Below, piece after piece: positions 1-10,650 of a DNA stretch of 64,000 nt. Source of the stretch: Octopus vulgaris (lineage: Eukaryota); assembly GCA_951406725.2 (NCBI GenBank), contig OX597833.1, positions 34,224,001-34,288,000 of the forward strand, given 5' to 3'. How positions within the stretch are numbered: position 1 is the first letter of the stretch; each line of letters begins with the position of its first letter. The notes beneath the pieces were generated by a model. That model did no database searches, was not told where the DNA came from, and was given only the letters and a program-made list of their open reading frames with translations. The translations under genes and the position numbers were made by a program.

Positions 1-850
1 AGCAGATCAAGAAATTAATTTTTTGTACTAAACACTTTCAAACTTCAGACACTGGCAGAACGTGTCATATAAAACATCTTTTACTCTTAGTGTTGTTGAG
101 AAAAGTTTAAATTTTCAAAGTGATTTCGTGTTAAGTTGTCGTATTTCAGTAATTTCAACCAATCAGTGACGTGTATTCAGCTGAATAAAATTACTGCCGT
201 TGTTTGTCAACAACTATCAGCAGTGTATATTTCGTTTGTCACTGTTATTTATGACATCATTCATGCATTTGCACTGATTTTAGGGTTAGGGTTAGGATTA
301 GGGTTTTAGGGTTAGGGTTTGAGAGTTAGAGTTAGGGTTTTAGGGCTAGGGTTGGGAGGTTAGGGTTAGAGTTATGGAAAAAAAAGTGGAAAATGAAGAA
401 ATTTGGTGGCGGAGGGTGGGGGGTGGGGCAAAAAGTCTTTCCGAAAATAGTAGCTGAAAAACAGGAAAAAAACTAAAAGCAGTAGAAATGCACAAACGAT
501 TGCTGTTGTGCCATGAAGTAAACATGCTTTAGATACACTCATTTATTCATACAAATGTAACGGAGATGAAATATGTCATAAATAACAGTGACAAACGAAA
601 TATACACTGCTGGAAGTTGTTGTTGACAAAAAACGGCAGTAATTTTATTCAGCTGAATACATGTTATTGATTGGTTGAAATTACCGAAATATGACTTTAA
701 CACGAAATCACTTTGAAAATACAAACTTTTCTCAACAACACTAAGAGTAAAAGATGTTTTATATGACACATTCTACCAGTGTCCAAAGTTTGAAAGTGTT
801 TAGTTACAAAAAATTAATTTCTCGATATGCCGTTCAAAGGGTAAAGATCC
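1..850. mobile_element. Fold-back non-autonomous DNA element (MITE-like) with ~270 bp inverted arms and a central telomere-like array; left end cut by the window edge
   Basis: 1-~265 is the reverse complement of ~566-830 (e.g. GAAATTAATTTTTTGTACTAAACACTTTCAAACTT vs AAGTTTGAAAGTGTTTAGTTACAAAAAATTAATTTC). No transposase ORF. Confidence 0.8.
280..374 (+). repeat. Degenerate interstitial telomere-like (TTAGGG)n array
   Basis: TTAGGGTTAGGGTTAGGATTAGGGTTTTAGGGTTAGGG... directly visible in the sequence. Confidence 0.9.
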
Positions 851-1509
851 AATTAAATTTGTGATTTTCTTTTTATATGGAACTAGGAATCAAAAAAATT
901 TCTAAATAAGTTAAAAGATACATGAGTAGGATGTTTACTGCACAACTCAACCATATATTATAACACCTTTCTTTTTATAGGCAAGTAAATTTTCAGAAAC
1001 AGAAAAAAATGCTTGTTGCTGATAATATAAATGCAATGATATAATAATTTTATGCAGAATTACCATCATTTAAATTCAACTAATTAGCTAAAAACAGTCT
1101 ATTTTCTGGGCAACCCTGGTATCCTTCAAGTATACATACATATGTATGTATGACAAGAAGGGCTTCAACATATTCTATCTTGCCCATGCAAGCATGGAAA
1201 AGTTGACATTAAACAATGGTGATGACGGTTATTTTATTGAGTACATCTTTAATTGAGGCCTTCCATCCAAATCTTACTATGCAGGATATTTCAGCATTCA
1301 TGCCTCAGCATACATTTCTTTTCTTCCCCAAGTAGATACACTCCTTCATTTCATCCTTCACATCATTATTCAGCTTCATGCTGTTTTCATAGCAGAGGAG
1401 TCCAACCCATGCAAGCTTGGAAAATAGACGTTAAAGGATGATGATGATGATGATGATGAATTATTTTGTTTTCATATAGTTTATTTTGAGGCCTACTGCT
1501 GAACTATAG

Positions 1510-1980
1510 GTGTCCAGCTTTGTCAGCATTCTCTTTCAGCTGAACTGATTTATGTTTCTGGGAACTGGAGGTGTATCTTACCATTGATGTCAATGTCACC
1601 AATCAATGTCTCTGATGACCAATTCAAAACATGACGAATAGCTTCAGAGAGATGGCATCTCCTTGTTTAACACCCTTTGTGACTGGAACTAATATAGATG
1701 GTGACAGCTAACCTATATCAAAGCACATCTTGAGCTTGTCTCTCTGAGAAGTTTGATGTATTGTGCTTCAACTTTTTGCATTTCCTGAGACTCCAGTGCT
1801 ACATTCACCTTCACACCTTCAATGGCCTTTTCACAATCAACAAAGGAGATACAAAGAGACAGCTGCTACTCTTTTGTTCATTTTAGAAGCTATGTCAGAA
1901 TGAATATGTAGTCTATTATACTGTAGTTACTTGGAAAACCTACATGTCTCCTCAGTTGTTGGTCATCAAGATGCTTCAAC
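1510..1980 (-). mobile_element. Degenerate RTE-type LINE reverse transcriptase fragment
   Basis: Minus-strand translation gives HVGFPSNYSIIDYIFILT, LCISFVDCEKAI and VTKGVKQGDAIS, matching the non-LTR RT motifs QxGFR, FVDxEKAFD and GVxQG. Confidence 0.7.
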
Positions 1981-2147
1981 AGTCTAGTGGAGTGCTAGCT
2001 CGCTCTCTCACACACACATGGCAGAGCTCTTTTCAAAACGGAAGGAAACTGAGAGGGTTTCTTTTTTCTGTTTTTTTTTGTGGGTAGGGGCCTGCCAGAT
2101 ATTCACAGACACTGGATTGATGTATCAGCTAAACTATACCCCCTATA

Positions 2148-2207
2148 ATGGATGGATGGATGGATGGATGGACGGACGGACGGACGGACGGACGGACGGA
2201 CGGATAG
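2148..2207 (+). repeat. (GGAT)n/(GGAC)n tetranucleotide microsatellite
   Basis: Direct inspection. Confidence 0.95.
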
Positions 2208-3389
2208 ATGATGCACACACATGTTAAGTCAATAACATTTTGTATTGATAAAATATAGCTACAGTTGCCTTGTTACGAATTGTTGGACTGGCCAATGAGA
2301 TAGCAATTCCCTAGTCATTCGAACAGTAAGAAATAGTAGCCAAAACTCCTTCAAATTATACCCTACTGTTTTCTATTCACCTTTAATATACATTAAAGGA
2401 ATATAAATTAATTTCAGTAATTAACAGTATAGCGAATGTTTTCTGGTTGGTTTGTTTACTGTTAGTGTATGAACCTCTACTTTTATATGTTTCCTATCTG
2501 GAAATAGATAAATATATTTAACTTTTGAAGTAGGAATATATATTGATAAACCCATCACTTATAACTTACTTCTAAGTGTTATCATTATACGTAAATCCTG
2601 ACTCCAGCTACATAAACGCCATAGCGAGAAGTATATTTTCTGAAACACTAATGGACATTTTATGCATGCATGTATGTTGAATATAAATAATTTCATTTTC
2701 TTTTAACCGCTATAAAAAATACAGTTTCAGAATTACAGAAATACATTTCATTAATAAGTTGAAGAACGTGAAGAAAGAGAAAAGAATTACTACATTATTT
2801 TATTTACATACATTTAGCATTTTTAATATTTATAATACAATTTGAAGTAAAGTAATTTTGTCGTAGAGAATTACGACTTAAAATTTACGCTAATTCTTCA
2901 TACTAACTATATAGCTCTCAACAATTCAAACAAGTCTTGCTGGATTTTTCATAGACACGGCATAAAAAAATAACCAATGTCTCAAAGGAGTGAGTGTTGT
3001 GAAGTTTAGTTACATCCCACAAACACTAAAGTTTTCCCCAAAATCCAAGGTTTTTATAACTGCTCAACTTGACTTTAAAGAATTGAAATCACATAAAAAT
3101 ATTCTTTAACTCATTTTCAGAATTCCTATATGAGCAGTTATTTCAACCAATAGGAAAACGACAATCATATTTCTTCGGCAATACGACATTACATCATATT
3201 GCCAGCTACCACAAATTGGTGGTACTATTTGGAAATGGCTACACGCTACAAGTTCTTTATTTTTCCAATTAGGCCACCACATTTCTATGAACAAATACCC
3301 TGTACTTTCTTAACAATTTTACTGCATCTTCCCCAACGGGAGTTCAAATCTGCCTCAACCACCTTTCAGGTCAGTCATCAGCTCAACCC

Positions 3390-3826
3390 CGAACAATGGT
3401 CAACCACCTAACTTAAAGAAGGCTGTTAATATCAAATTCAATGAAATAGACATTAAAGGGGTTGTTCGCCTTCTTTCCTCTCTGTCTGCCCTCGTCCTGT
3501 GTACCACAGACTCCTTCAACCAACCTCCAGATAATCGCCTACACTGGCCCAACCCACCAAGTTTTCTACAACCCATCTTCACCCCTAACAATGTCAGGAA
3601 GGCAACTGCCTCTTTTCTAGCAGGTTCTGGTGCTGGGATTGATAGCTTATGACCTCAACATCTCAAGGATGGTATCTCCCTGTCAGCTGATGATGCTGGG
3701 CTTGAACTCTTGCAGAACCTAACACAGTTCATAAATTTGTTCTCGTCCAAGAGTGTCCTAGCTTACATTTGTCCCCTGTCCTTTGGGGCCAAACTATTTG
3801 GTCTCACTAAGCCCAAGAGTTATCTC
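3390..3826 (+). mobile_element. CRE-clade non-LTR retrotransposon remnant, region just N-terminal to the RT core (pseudogenised)
   Basis: Translates to LKKAVNIKFNEIDIKGVVRLLSS, FTPNNVRKATASFLAGSGAGIDSL*PQHLKD and LLQNLTQFINLFSSKSVLAYICPLSFGAKLFGLTKP, resembling the CRE consensus SxxGxDGLRPQHLKD...FFGAxLxALxK. Confidence 0.75.
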
Positions 3827-3882
3827 TGCTCCATAGAATTTTTCCACCATAATTCTTTTGGACCAGTAACTTTAAAAACCAA

Positions 3883-4433
3883 CTTCTTCATATTCGTTTA
3901 CTACACATTATTTTACACTAGTACACTATTTTTTTTTAAAATTTTGTGACGAGGAGGGTGCGGACTCAGATATTTCACATGACCCAGTAACCCCACTTCG
4001 ACACCTGGTCATAAAAATGAAAAAAAAATAATTGTAATAGGTGTAAAACAACATGTAGTAAACGAATATGAAAAAAAATGCGTGCTGGCGAATGGGGGGG
4101 GAGAAGACTCGGAAAATTCAGACCTTGACCTTTAAACTCCAGTGTTTGACCCGAGTGTGAATTATCCGAGTCCGCACCCCCGTCACTAAAATTGAAAAAA
4201 AAAAATTAGTGTACTAGGTGTAAAAATAATGTGCAGTAAACGAATATGAAGAAAAAAATTTCGCCGACGGACGGGGAAGTGGTGAGAGGACTCGAAACAT
4301 TCCCGATGTAAATTTTCCGAGTCCTCTTCCCTGCCCCCCACCCCCGTTCGCCAGCGCGCATTTTTTTTTCATGTTCGTTTACTACATGTTGTACACCTAT
4401 TGCACTTTTTTGTTTTTGCTCGGGTCAAACACT
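3883..4433. mobile_element. Rearranged MITE-like insert with interleaved inverted repeats, lying between the two CRE remnants
   Basis: 3883-3978 is inverted at ~4155-4255 and ~4030-4118 at ~4311-4404. AGTGTTTGACCCGAG (4141-4155) is inverted at 4419-4433. Confidence 0.7.
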
Positions 4434-4439
4434 TCAGTT

Positions 4440-4800
4440 TGACAGAGACCAGATGGTCTTACTCTCTTGTCCCTGGGTTAGAGGTAGGTGCCTCATTTGG
4501 GACGCAACAGTCTGCGATTCCTTTGCTCCCTCCCACATCTTGGAAGCTGCAGTTAAAGGGAGGATCGTTGCTTCCGTAACTGAACGGGGAAGAAAACCCT
4601 GAAGTATCGGGATCTGACAGTAAACTCTTTCAACCTGTGACGTTTGAGACGTTCGGAGGGACTTGGCCACCAACCTCGAAGTCCTTGTCAGGTAATGCTT
4701 GTGAGGGCGCTTGGCTTTCCCAACGCTTTAGCCTCCCCATCGCCCGTGGTAACGATGCGAGCGTGCTGGCGAGCTTCAGTAGGTTCCGTTAAACCTTGTG
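4440..4800 (+). mobile_element. CRE-clade retrotransposon C-terminal restriction-like endonuclease (REL) remnant
   Basis: With frameshifts: RPDGLTL/VPWVRGRCLIWDATVCDSFAPSH...KYRDL...QPVTFETFGG...QRFSLPIARGNDASVLAS. This matches the RPD..D REL motif and the QRLSxxxQRGNA terminus. An A-rich tail follows. Confidence 0.85.
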
Positions 4801-5271
4801 GTATGCGACCAGTAGCTGATAAAAAAAATTATTCTTAAATAAAAATTCCTCACAAACGATTTCAATACTGTTTTAACAGAAAGATTTGGAAGAATTAGAT
4901 GAAAATTCTCCGGTAATTTTATTTCATGTAAATAAATGTTTGTTAATACAAAAATTTGCCAGCAAAATCTTATAAAATGACAATGTTCTAAAAGTTGTAC
5001 ATGTTTATGTTATAAAATAAATAACAGTGGTATCCCAGAGATTTACTCCACATAATCTTTGTGCATATCTCCGTGTTTAATATATATTTAAAAAATAAAT
5101 AAATAAATAAATAAAAGGTTAATGTAAGTGAATCGCGTGAAGAAAAAATCCAATTATTCGAGCGGAGCCTAACTTCTGAGAAACTTTGTTTCTGTTTGTG
5201 TTAAAAACAGAAGTTGAATCGGTTAAAGGAATCATGAATATTTGCATGAATGTAAAACACGAATAAATTAA

Positions 5272-6045
5272 ATTTGGCATAACTACACAAGTGTGCTCCC
5301 GTCAGAGTTTGTTTCCTCATAATTGCAAAGAAATGGATTTTTTAAATGAAATTTTCAACAAATATGCTTCATATGGTGTAAATTCTGATTATATCGAATC
5401 TATTGTGAAAAAAAAAGCAGAACAAAAGAGCAAAAAATATGCGAGTAGAAGAGGAATTTCGGATAATTCATACAAGCCGGCTGTTTCCCTACAACTTTCA
5501 GGAAAATGGGTCCTTTTTCAGGAAATTTTCTACAAATACCTTTCAGAGTGTGTAGATAACGACTGTATCCGGAACTTAATATATAAAAAAAAAAAAATTA
5601 ACACGCAAACATAGATACTGTCACATATCACAATTTTTTGGGAAATTTCAAGTTACATTTTGTAGATATGTGATGTGTGACAGTATATATACATGTGTGT
5701 GTGAGTACAAATTCATCAATTTTGTTCTTCATATTACATTCCGGCATGAAACTTCGCCTAAATTACAATATAATCGTAATCCAAACACTCTGAAAGGTGT
5801 TTGTTGAAAATTTCATTGAAAAATACCAATTTTTCTGAAAGTTATGAAAAAACAACGCGGACTCGTGTGAATTTTCTGAAACCTCTCTCACGGAGTTTTT
5901 TTTTTTTTTTTTACAACAAATTCCGATATAATCGGAATCTACACCATCCAAAGTATATTTAAGAATTTCATTAAAAAATATTCATTTTTCTGAAAATTAC
6001 GAGGAAACAAAATCGTGAGGCACAATTGTGTAGGTATACCTAAAT
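5272..6045. mobile_element. Fold-back MITE (~770 bp) with ~300 bp diverged inverted arms, each built from two sub-repeats
   Basis: GGCATAACTACACAAGTGTGC...GTTTCCTCATAATT (5276-5325) is mirrored by AATTACGAGGAAACAA...GCACAATTGTGTAGGTATACC (5995-6040). 5450-5570 is mirrored by 5770-5890. Confidence 0.75.
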
Positions 6046-7408
6046 GTTATAGTATTTGGAAACAAAAGGTTAATATCATCTACGACATAGCATTTTGTTT
6101 ATTCTTGTTTTCAATTCACAAACTTATTCCTCATCTAATCAAAATTTAATTATGAAATGACAAACCCCATAATAACCTGTTGGGCGAAAATTAAAAGTTG
6201 AGTTATTTTTGTATTGTATAATCATTTTTTAAGTATTTCAGGATTCGCAAAATCGAAATTCATCAGAGAATATGGTTTACATTTTGTATTATCTTAAAAA
6301 AAAAAGAAGAGAAAAACTTAAATCACATACTTCGAGATACGTTAAGTAAAAAGCGGGAATGTTAATTACATAGCAACAAGTATGACTGGGTTTGTGCCGA
6401 AGTTGTTTATAAAACGACAATGGTGGATTTTAAAATAACGAAAAGCAAACAAAACTTTGAGAAAATGTAAATATTGCCAATTTTCAATGAGATTTGATTT
6501 ACCTAAAGATACAGTAATATCTACTGTAGTAGTAAGGTCGGTTTCTTCCCTAGTAAACATTGTCATGTTGTTAACAATACCGCCATTTTCTTATGACTAA
6601 TTAATTATTATTATTAGTCTTAACTCCTAACGAACTGCGGAGTCTGCATTCAGGTTTTGATTTGAAGTTGACGTGTGATCATTTCATTTCCCTGATAAAA
6701 CTTGAGGTACGAACTTCACGAAATCTCATTCTCTTCGAACTCTATGCTCAATTAAGAAATATAGGCAATCTCGTAAAGAAAGGGAGAGGAAAAGAAAGAT
6801 ACAGAGAGAGAGAGAGAGAAAGAGAGGGGGACGTAGAGTTAACATAAGTGCAGGATAGGTGGAAATATTTGACTTGGTGGCAGGCAATGAGTAAATGAAA
6901 GCCACACAGTGAGAATGAAATAATCATTGGAACAAGAAAAGGAGGGAGAGTAAATAATAATAAATATTTTTCTCTTGAGAATTAGTATTCATAATTTTGC
7001 ATATGCAACAAGAAATTTGATAAAAGTTTAATTATTGTTTGTATGCTATATTTCCAAATATCAGCCATGGTTGTAAAAGTATATTTTCAAAGTATGGGTT
7101 ACACTCTAGTATTTAATATACTAAGTATAAATTCTTTTTTTTTAAATAAATATATAATATAATGTATTCAATAAGCTTCAACTGAGATAAGTCCTACAAC
7201 CCAGTTTTCTTTTGAATAAGAACCATCTTCACTTATGTGACAAATATTTTTGCATCAAATACAAATGATGCTGTTTCCTTTGCTATTCTTTGAAAATCCA
7301 TTCACATTATAATTTATCTATTTATCTGTCTACCAGTTTGAGTAACTATCTATTTACACACAAACACACACATATACACATACTGTTGTTATGATCAATC
7401 TGTAAAGT

Positions 7409-7713
7409 ATGAGTGTTGGATGAAAATTTCATAGGCTGACCAAGATACTCCCATGGAATATGACTAAATGAGGTTTATTTTTAAACATAGATCCTCACTT
7501 CTTGTAGTCCACACACTTCTTCTATTAGTGTTACAGTGCTTGGATCCCACTGGTAAAGAAGTTTTCATCCTCTTGGTAAAAAAAAAAAAGAGTCATCAAG
7601 AGCAGATATGACACCATCATTACTGCAATACTGGTTCCCAGCCAAGAGATTTTTCATGTTGGAGAACAAATGCTACTCAGATGGGGCCAGATCAGAAGAA
7701 TAGGGAGGGTGAT
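7409..7713 (-). mobile_element. Mariner transposon 3' fragment
   Basis: Reverse complement matches the 3' end and TIR region of the mariner fragment at 42730-43212 (SPDLAP, GNQY, ...CTATGAAATTTTCATCCAACACTCAT). Confidence 0.7.
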
Positions 7714-8154
7714 TTTTATATCCTGGTGTTGGATAAATAATTTAACAAATCAGTAGGAAAGAAATATTTACACAATACAATATGATTACTATTACACAAG
7801 ACTCACTGTCCTCAGTCAACAGCTCATAGTGAACTGCTTACCAGTCCAAACTCCCAAATGTTCACAGTTCTTTATTTTATAACAATGAGTCAGTCTACTT
7901 TTAGTTACTTGGGGAGTGGTTGGAATCTTTCCACATCTATTTTTAGAATTAGTCTCTCCTAACTTCTTCCCTTTTGAGAATTAAACTCCGCTCAGAATTT
8001 TAATATCTCTTATACTTAGGGTTCAATTTCAGTGTTTCTGTTCTTTTCCATTTTCTTGTGCTAGAATGTGTTTCAAATTGTTTGGGTGTTGGTACCTCAA
8101 ACATGTTGTACAAAACTTCCATGGGGATTTCATTTCTCATGACTATTTTTTCCA

Positions 8155-10650
8155 TGTATAGCTTTAATTAAGCTATACACGAAAAATTAACGGAGACCCA
8201 GAATGTATTAGTGAAAGATTTATTGAGTTGAACACATGAAGGTGACAGTTGCCAGTCAACTCCTGCTTTGTAGAATCCTGCTTAACTGGAAGTCAACTTC
8301 GCCGCAGACCAGCTCCCTAGCTAGCCCACAGCAAAGTTCCTATCTACAGTTCGTCTGTCAAATCCTTGGGCAGTGCCCTACATATAACTCTCTCCCAGAA
8401 CTGTTGACTCTCATTGGAACCAGGAAAGCATTTTAACTACTCTGCCCGTTTGTGTGGTTACTCGGCTCTTTGGTGACTGTTCCTTGCTAAGATTTGGTGT
8501 GATTTGCCTAGGGCAGCCCTTGTTTGGTGGTTGAGCTACTTGGGCGGGGCTGTCAATGTGGTGTATGCGAGAGATTTGAAATAAAGGCACCTACCTTCTC
8601 TTCGCTCAGATGGAGACCCTTCAGCGGTAATGGATCCTTCAACACAGCCCGACCCGAACGCTAGAAATAGCAGCTGCTTCTCCCAACCTTAACAATGTGC
8701 TGACGCCGCCTTACCCGCTCGGCGACCTGCCTCAAAAAGGCAGAATCCTGCCCTCCCTGCGTGCGCGTCACTGCTGCCCCTTCCGGTCAGCTCCCCAGCT
8801 GCTGACGTCATCCCACAGTCAATATCGAGATGGGCCAGTTTCAACCTATTGATGAAAACTGTGTCTTGTCATCTGCCAATTAGGAATTGGAATGATTTGT
8901 CTCCCAGATATATGACTTCATATAGGTCATCATAGGGTGACCGGAGGGGTTTTCGTCACATATCACATCAAATAAACATGAAGTTAGCTATGTGGAGGTC
9001 ATTTGGCATGGATGATCTTGGTGTGCCATGTGTTAGTATGGCAATAAGGTGCAACTGACCCACACTGTCTCTCAGTTGCATGAGTTATCTTTTGACATCT
9101 GGATCTGACATCACATTCAGAAGGAACTCTCCTGGCACCATTTCCATGAAAGTGTTAAGATTTTCCTTTGGGGCGGTACGGATTCCCAACATCACTCATG
9201 GAAGTTAATCAATCCAATAGGGCCCGTTAAGTCTGGCTGTCAGAGATTCCTTCAAGCAGCAATGAAATCTCTCCACTAACCCATTGGCCTGTTGTGCACT
9301 TGATTGTGATTCAAAAAGGTCACATGTGTCATTCCACAGCTTTGAGATGAATTATGGACCCTAGTCATATGAGATGTTGTCTGGGACACTGAAAGAGGTA
9401 ACGCAGTTTGTGATAATTGCTCAGCTGACTCCTTGTGTTTCTGTGCTGTGGAGAGAGATAGCCTCAGGCCAGCAAGTGTAGTGGTCTACTCAGGTCAGTA
9501 GGTATGAGCAACCCTGTGAAGGTGGTAGAGGACCAACAAGGTCAATGCTGTTGTGGCTGAGATGGTTCATAGTTGCCAAGTGGTGATTGACCATGGCTTG
9601 TTGACAGGGGATGCAGGTCTTGGTCTATTCCCCAATTTGCATGGCCATACTGTGCCAGATAAATTTGCTTGACAACATGTGCTATGTGACTCTAGTACCC
9701 GGGTGGGACAGTCCATGAATAATGTCAAAAACCTTCCTGCACCAGGTTAATAGGACAATCAGTCATAGCTTCCCAGTGGATACATTACACAGTTGGGTTG
9801 TGCTGTTGGAGCCAAAGTGCACATCCTTTAAGGAAAGTGATGTGATGGCTGTACGGTAGGCCTTGATCTCGTCATCTGTCTGTTGGGCTGCAGCCATAGC
9901 CTCGTAATCCAGACCTTCCGTTATTGGGGCTAAGTAGGTGTGAGAGCAGGTAGGAGCATGAGAGAATGTATTGGTGACTGCATTGCCTTTTCCAGCTATG
10001 TGTTGGATATCTGTGGTGTACTCAGAAATGGCTGATTGCTGTCATTCCTGGCGTGCAGACCAAAGTTCCGAGAGCTTGCTCATAGCAAAGGTGAGTGGAT
10101 TGCAGTCTGAACACTGTAAACATGTGGCCTTCAAGAATATAGGTCAACTTTTGAGAAAACCAAACACCTGGCTAGCTGGGCTGAGAAGTCCTGTATGTTT
10201 GGTCTGGGGTAACAGCTGGGTGTCTTGTCTGCATTGAGATGGCAGTAATCTCTACAAGACCACCAACCTCCATTGGGTTTCAGTACCACATGCAGGGGTG
10301 ACAACTAGGGACTGCATCATTAGTGAGCTATGCCCAGCACCTCCATATTGTCAAAGTTGGCCTTTGCAATTGCAAGCTTATCTGGTGATAGACAATGTGT
10401 GTGGTTGTGCACTGGGGGTGGGGTGGGTGGGGAGTGCAGTGTGTCACTCCATGGCGGGCTGTAGGTTTGGAGAATGTCAGGGTAGTGAGATTGGGGCAAC
10501 TTGCAAGGAGATTCAAAAATTCATTCTTGGTCTGAGAGATGGTTGCTATGCAGGAGGTGACATGTGCAGATGTTGCCAGAGTCACAGAAGCACATGTTGC
10601 TATTGATGAGTCCGTCTCCCCTGCAAATCAACCAGTAGCAGGTGTACTAG
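8155..10650 (-). mobile_element. Decayed Ty3/Gypsy LTR retrotransposon (pol remnant plus probable 3' LTR at ~8155-8382)
   Basis: Minus strand, with stops and frameshifts: RT start (ARHGVTH..., SPDKLAIAKANFDNM, PLHVVLKPNGGW..C.DY), RNase H (PLTFAMSK...AISEYTTDIQHIAGKGN), integrase HHCC (IHGLSHPG...CIPCQ), integrase core (IDLVGPLPPSQG, QANGLVERFH, MLGIRTAPK), then a purine tract and TGTAG. Confidence 0.9.
8557..8817. mobile_element. Solo LTR (261 bp) nested in the Gypsy integrase C-terminus
   Basis: Termini TGTGG...CCACA flanked by a perfect 5-bp TSD GTCAA (8552-8556 and 8818-8822). Removing it rejoins the reading frame AHLDID-SPAQVAQP. GC- and CpG-rich. Confidence 0.85.

Noticed and set aside
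280-374. True telomere, or target site of the nearby CRE element
   Set aside because: The array is short, degenerate and enclosed by inverted arms. The CRE relic is 3 kb away with no TTAGGG at its junctions.
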